Positions 59,488-64,000 of a stretch of 64,000 nt of DNA are shown here, piece after piece. The stretch's first letter is position 1. Every line of letters starts with the position of its first letter. Source of the stretch: Chthonomonas sp. UBA1950 (lineage in GTDB: Bacteria > Armatimonadota > Fimbriimonadia > Fimbriimonadales > Fimbriimonadaceae); NCBI GenBank assembly GCA_002336105.1, contig DDEQ01000043.1, positions 87,569-151,568 on the forward strand, read 5' to 3'. The position numbers were made by a program, and so were the translations under genes. The notes under the pieces are model-generated. The model searched no databases and was not told where the DNA came from. It saw nothing but the letters and a program-made list of their open reading frames with translations.

Positions 59488-61031
59488 TGCTGCACGTAGT
59501 AGTAGACAGGTTCATTTTGAACCACTTTAGCCAGCTGAGATTCGTATTTGTAGTCGATCATAACCGCAATTGGAGTTCCAACAAGGCAAAGAACCAAACA
59601 GGTCACCGCGAGCGACTTTGCAACCCGCGTGTAGGTGTTCAGAAGTGCTTCGGGAGTTTCTATTTTATGGACAACCCCCCAGGTAGGCCCGATGAGACAA
59701 GGTAGGCCCAACACCACTGAGAAAAGACCGATGAAAGCCGATCTATCTGAAAGCTCCCCGCCGAGTCCATCAAGGTAAGGAGAGAGCATACGAAAGCCGG
59801 TTGAAACGCCGATCGCATAGGCTACCAACGAAACCAGTATGCCGACCGCAACAGCGAAGCACATGAACCTAAAGAATGGCCCCAGATCATCATCAGGATG
59901 GGAACGAGGATTCTCTGGACAAACGTTTATGAATTGAATCGAAAGTGCCACGGAAAGAGCTGCAATCCACGCGTCTGAAATCCACCATACGAGTCCCCCT
60001 GCAGCCAAAGAAACTAGTCCGACCCAAATTGGATTGAACTCGTGAGGAAGAATTCTTCGACTCATAAGCGCACAGAGGCCGATTAAAAAACTGGCAATAA
60101 TCAGCCCTGCTAGAGCACCGGAAGGGCCGGTACTAATTGCCGAGACGATCATCGCATTCGATCTTGCTTCTTCGTCCGGGTTTCCTTTCTTAGCTAAAAA
60201 CCGCCAAGATTCAGTATCTCTAAAGGTCTTTATCGCCACGGCGGCCGCGTTCGGAGCCACATTATTCGACTGCAAAGCAGTGAGCATTTCGGTTTGGGCA
60301 ATCCAGAGTCGCTTAGGACTCTTAGTTGCCACCATGTCGGGCGGATAGGTGGCTAATTCCACTAAGTTCGCTCCAATCCCTAAGATTCTAAATGACTTAC
60401 CAAACGTCTCGATTAGTGATCCGTTGCGGAGCGTCGAATACCTAGCAGCTAATCCATCGGGTGTGCGAATGTCTGCTTCTCTGACTATGGCACGTGCCAA
60501 CCTTTGGATCGCCGAAACGGCTGCGTCGGATCGATTGTAATACAGTAGCGAGTTCAACCAGGCTTGCCTCGAACCAGTGACAGATTCTATTTCCTGGCGG
60601 AGATTCTCGAGAATCTCCGTTTGATAATCATTCCACTCGGAGCATTTTGCAGCGCGCATCCAAGCGGCGCGAGCTGTTAACTTCTGCTTCGATTCACGAA
60701 GAAAGACAGCTTCCATTTGCTGCCAATAGGCGTTTTGAGGCTCAAGTCGGTTAGCCTCTCGAGCCAATGCAATGATCGTTTGCCGTTCCCCCATTCGAAG
60801 CGAAGCTCCACTCTCATACTTTTGAGCGGCAACGAGCATCCAAAGACCGTAGTCTTGGAGGGTCTTGGGTTGCTTTAGGCTCTCGTACTTCCTTGTTAAA
60901 AGCGACTTGATCGCTTCGACGTGACGTGTGTGAGCACTAAAAAACAGGAAGGGTCGCGATACTGGATGGAAGATGAGCGTGAGCATAGCTCCCACGCACG
61001 CTCCCAAGAGCACGCGACGCCAAGGGGTCAT
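59484..61031 (-). CDS. hypothetical polytopic membrane protein
   Basis: N-terminal TM, soluble helical region of about 250 aa, then about 6 C-terminal TMs. 4-nt overlaps on both sides. Confidence 0.55.
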   Translation of the reverse strand: MTPWRRVLLGACVGAMLTLIFHPVSRPFLFFSAHTRHVEAIKSLLTRKYESLKQPKTLQDYGLWMLVAAQKYESGASLRMGERQTIIALAREANRLEPQNAYWQQMEAVFLRESKQKLTARAAWMRAAKCSEWNDYQTEILENLRQEIESVTGSRQAWLNSLLYYNRSDAAVSAIQRLARAIVREADIRTPDGLAARYSTLRNGSLIETFGKSFRILGIGANLVELATYPPDMVATKSPKRLWIAQTEMLTALQSNNVAPNAAAVAIKTFRDTESWRFLAKKGNPDEEARSNAMIVSAISTGPSGALAGLIIASFLIGLCALMSRRILPHEFNPIWVGLVSLAAGGLVWWISDAWIAALSVALSIQFINVCPENPRSHPDDDLGPFFRFMCFAVAVGILVSLVAYAIGVSTGFRMLSPYLDGLGGELSDRSAFIGLFSVVLGLPCLIGPTWGVVHKIETPEALLNTYTRVAKSLAVTCLVLCLVGTPIAVMIDYKYESQLAKVVQNEPVYYYVQH

Positions 61032-61465
61032 GGATTGCGATGAATAACGTTGGGTAACTCGAGGTCAGGAAAGCTTGTGATAACACGACGAGCCTGACCA
61101 ACTGGAGGGTGAGTCTTCTTCACACTACCATCGAAAGATGCCAACTTGAGCGAAGCAAACACTGCAAGGCATGCAACCGCACCACCAATCAATGCGGGCG
61201 ACCAATAACGCACACTTTCTTTTGCCTGTTGCACCTTTGCAAGTCGAACAACTCGCAAATCGAAGTGCCCCGAATCGACGTCCGCCTCAAGGACAGCTTC
61301 TCGCAACATGTCAAATGCCATGAAAGACAGTTCTTCCTCCTGGGCACATGCTGTACAGATAGCTCGGTGCTGATTGATAAACAGCTCTTCTTTCTGTGAC
61401 AACGCTCGATCTGAGCGTTCGTGAACTAGTCGATCAAATTTAACGCAAGCCTTTTCACCAATCAT
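61028..61465 (-). CDS. ZAS-type anti-sigma factor (zf-HC2)
   Basis: HxxxCxxC motif (HRAICTAC) and a single TM (IGGAVACLAVFASL). Directly downstream of, and overlapping, the ECF sigma gene. Confidence 0.7.
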   Translation of the reverse strand: MIGEKACVKFDRLVHERSDRALSQKEELFINQHRAICTACAQEEELSFMAFDMLREAVLEADVDSGHFDLRVVRLAKVQQAKESVRYWSPALIGGAVACLAVFASLKLASFDGSVKKTHPPVGQARRVITSFPDLELPNVIHRNP

Positions 61466-62019
61466 CGTTCACCTACTGCATCTATCCATAGTTTTCGGAA
61501 TCGCTCCCGAGCAGTGTGAAGGCGAGATCGAACTGTACCGATCGGAACATGCATATACTCTGCGACTTCTTCGTAGCTCAGTTGTTCCATTTCTCTGAGC
61601 ACTAACGTTGCGCGAAGTTCAGCTGGAAGCTGGGCGAGCAGCTTTTCAACCATCACTTTGTTCTCGACTGCGCCACCCTGATGGGGTTGGGCACTGTCGA
61701 ATTCAACTAATTCCGCTCTCTTCAGTCGCAAACGATCCATGCATAGTCGAACACAGATTCGATACAAATATCCCGAGAATGCTCGATCGTCTCTCAGCTT
61801 GCCGATCTCTCGAAACGCTTTCAAGAATGACTCTTGGGCAACATCCTCGGCCTCGTGTCGATCACGAAGTAGGTTTGTGGCTGTTCGAATCAGTCTGTTT
61901 CGATGTCTTGCGACGAGACAACCCAAAGCAGCCTCATCTCCAAGTCTAATCCTACTAACCCATTGACGTTCTTGGGCAACCGGGTCCGCAGCAGCAACTT
62001 GAGAGGCATATTCAATCAT
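61462..62019 (-). CDS. RNA polymerase ECF-type sigma factor
   Basis: Region 2 (EAEDVAQESFLKAF, YLYRICV) and region 4 HTH (LSYEEVAEYMHVPIGTVRSRLHTAR). Confidence 0.88.
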   Translation of the reverse strand: MIEYASQVAAADPVAQERQWVSRIRLGDEAALGCLVARHRNRLIRTATNLLRDRHEAEDVAQESFLKAFREIGKLRDDRAFSGYLYRICVRLCMDRLRLKRAELVEFDSAQPHQGGAVENKVMVEKLLAQLPAELRATLVLREMEQLSYEEVAEYMHVPIGTVRSRLHTARERFRKLWIDAVGER

Positions 62020-62048
62020 GGGATTTCACCAGAAACACTACATCATAC

Positions 62049-62079
62049 AAGACGTAGGGACAAATCCCCAAAGTTCAAT
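62049..62079 (-). promoter_or_regulatory. candidate ECF-type promoter (TGAAC-N18-CGTC)
   Basis: Minus strand reads TGAACtttggggatttgtccctaCGTCtt, about 30-55 nt upstream of the sigma factor ATG. Confidence 0.3.
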
Positions 62080-62107
62080 CCAATTCATCTTATAGTAAAA
62101 TCACCGC

Positions 62108-63727
62108 ATGCCGGTTTTCTGCCCAGAACTTCCACCGGTAATACACCTTCAAACTCCGCCGGTCTTGGTCATCACTCAAGACTTCAAAGCCACGGCAGCC
62201 GATGTCTCCCAGGACTTCGCAACTCAAGTAACGATCTTTCGCAACGGTGTTCAAGCCTATTACGGCCCGACAAAGCTGACGGCTGATAGTCTCGAAGTTC
62301 ATCGCGCCAAAGAAGAGTGCTACGCGATTGCGAAAGGGCGTGTACTCCTCATTGATCCCAGTGGGAATATTCAGGCAGATAATCTGCGCTTTTCATGGAA
62401 GAAAGACGCACAGAGCGCACACATGGAAAACGTGGTCATCAAAATTGGCACATCCATCGTTCGCGCTTCATCCGCCGACGGAGTTCCAGGTAACTGGACG
62501 ATCAAGGATTTTGCAGCGACATCGTGCCCGGAGCGGATTCCACATTACCAAGTAAAGGTTAGAGAACTCGACATCACACCAGGCAAATCGGGGCGAGCAT
62601 ATCGCCCGTCTCTTGAATTGTTTGGACGCAAGATTGTCACCCTTCCGGTTTATAAGTTCAATCTTGATCAACGAGTGATCGGTCTTAACCCGCCAAGCCT
62701 CAGCTACCGAAAAGATAACGGATTTGGAGTTGTTTGGGATGGCGGCATTTTATTGAAGGAAGACATGGGGCTAACGTTCAATGTTTCCTCGTTTCCAAAA
62801 GCGCTTCCTGGCTACGGAGTCCAAGTCGCCAAATCGTGGGTTCCAGCCGACAAGTCAAATGTCCTCATTGCTCCTCGAAATGACCTCGCTGAACGATTCA
62901 CTCTTGGCTATTTTGAAAACGTTTTCGTTCCTCATGGCAAAGCTGAGTTCTCCAACCTCTCGACTCCGCGAAAATCATTTAGCGTTGGAACTTACTTCAA
63001 CCAAGGGGCCAGCGGGCTCGGAACTACTGAAGCCTTCACGAAACCTTTTGATATTGCCTACGAAATTGGTGGGCCAAGCAAATATATTGGCTACCTAACG
63101 CAGATCCGATGGCAATCGATTCGAGAACAAGCGGGTCCGCTGACCTCTCGAATTGTACTGGCCAACACCGTTGCCGCACCTCCAATCCTCATCGGTCGAG
63201 ATATCGCGCTCATCACCAGGGCTGACTCTCAGTACATCGTCGGGGCAGGATCCTATGGATGGGCTCGCGTCAGTCAGGGAATTGCGTATGAACCGTTCCC
63301 GTTTTTTCGAGTTGGCGCTGCTTTGGTTGGAACCCTCGAAGGCGGAACCCCTCAATTCTCTATCGACCAACCATTTAGTCGAAACGGACTGAATCTCAGA
63401 GCAGATGGGAACCTAGGATCCATGCGCTTTAGCTATCTCACAAAATACGACCGAGATCGTAAATGGTTTGATCGCGAATACATGGTGAGCCAAGCAGTCG
63501 GTTGCACAGAAGCTTATGTGATGTACCGTAAAGAGCCGAACGATTACCGCATCGGCCTTCGACTGAGACTTGATTCGATTCTAGATGTCTTCCAGCAACG
63601 AAACTTCACAAGGAAAGAGGCACCCAAGACGTATGTCTTGAGCACCCCGTTACTCGCGCCTGGCAAGAAGCCAACTATGACAACAATCGATTCGCGGCGC
63701 TCAGCACCGCTCGATAAGACGCCCTAG
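62108..63727 (+). CDS. OstA/LptD-like outer-membrane protein (tentative)
   Basis: N-terminal OstA-like beta-jellyroll pattern (LTADSLEVHRAKEECYAIAKGRVLLIDPSGNIQADNLRF), then a long beta-rich region. No clear signal peptide from this start. Confidence 0.35.
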   Translation: MPVFCPELPPVIHLQTPPVLVITQDFKATAADVSQDFATQVTIFRNGVQAYYGPTKLTADSLEVHRAKEECYAIAKGRVLLIDPSGNIQADNLRFSWKKDAQSAHMENVVIKIGTSIVRASSADGVPGNWTIKDFAATSCPERIPHYQVKVRELDITPGKSGRAYRPSLELFGRKIVTLPVYKFNLDQRVIGLNPPSLSYRKDNGFGVVWDGGILLKEDMGLTFNVSSFPKALPGYGVQVAKSWVPADKSNVLIAPRNDLAERFTLGYFENVFVPHGKAEFSNLSTPRKSFSVGTYFNQGASGLGTTEAFTKPFDIAYEIGGPSKYIGYLTQIRWQSIREQAGPLTSRIVLANTVAAPPILIGRDIALITRADSQYIVGAGSYGWARVSQGIAYEPFPFFRVGAALVGTLEGGTPQFSIDQPFSRNGLNLRADGNLGSMRFSYLTKYDRDRKWFDREYMVSQAVGCTEAYVMYRKEPNDYRIGLRLRLDSILDVFQQRNFTRKEAPKTYVLSTPLLAPGKKPTMTTIDSRRSAPLDKTP

Positions 63728-64000
63728 TCGCGTTTTCATCCGTACCAACGCCCCAAAGAACCTTCGTGCCCAACTGAAGCTTTACGTATGCGGCAGCTTT
63801 CGCCGAAGCGCCAAAGCTAAGTGAATGCTCGCTGTAATCGAGAATTTCGAACTTTGCGATGGATGAAAGCGCATTCACAAACGCGGCAATCGGACCATTT
63901 CCGGAACCATCGAATGGCCGCTCGCGACCTTCTTGTAGCAAAACCGCGGTGCATACATACTCATTCGAATGTTGCTCTCCTTCGTCATGCACTAAATCGA
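63675..64000 (-). CDS. leuA: 2-isopropylmalate synthase, C-terminal regulatory domain (partial, continues beyond window)
   Basis: GNGPIAAFVNAL...ILDYSEHSL...AAAYVKL...WGVGTDENATRAS is typical of the LeuA allosteric domain. Confidence 0.75.
   Translation of the reverse strand, partial: DLVHDEGEQHSNEYVCTAVLLQEGRERPFDGSGNGPIAAFVNALSSIAKFEILDYSEHSLSFGASAKAAAYVKLQLGTKVLWGVGTDENATRASYRAVLSAANRLLS

Overview
Bacterial chromosomal segment, roughly 50-58% GC in core genes by eye. Lineage is not verifiable. A prepilin/H-X9-DG family gene, DUF881+sbp in the division cluster and an LptD-like gene fit an Armatimonadota-like diderm. The core is a complete, tightly coupled dcw cluster at 10.6-28.7 kb: mraZ-rsmH-ftsL-ftsI-murE-murF-mraY-murD-ftsW-murG-murC::ddl-ftsQ-DUF881-sbp-ftsA-ftsZ. 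Upstream lie a glycan cluster (exported GH65-like enzyme, GT4, GT2, gmd), tRNA-Ser, metY and an M29 aminopeptidase. Downstream lie hisF, a PAS-GGDEF cyclase, thrC-thrB, folP with E1 alpha/beta, hom, accB, a YeiH-like transporter and a cysteine-dioxygenase-like cupin. After tRNA-Ala(TGC) at 45.1 kb comes an AT-richer, decayed accessory island of about 5-6 kb. It holds an intact AlkB-like dioxygenase + SAM-methyltransferase-like operon, an ISL3 transposase remnant, and several genes broken by in-frame stops or frameshifts (pilin-like, Cys-rich secreted mini-protein, GNAT, lipoprotein). Housekeeping resumes with hpt, rho, zwf-gnd, GH76, and an ECF sigma/ZAS anti-sigma/membrane protein/glnD operon, then an LptD-like gene and the 3' end of leuA. 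Signals not explained by genes: four DnaA-box consensus 9-mers within about 120 bp at 32.0 kb; phased TGGGN pentamers upstream of mraZ; and a hairpin-dense 250-nt region before a strongly SD-led 62-codon ORF at 36.5 kb. No CRISPR array or rRNA seen.
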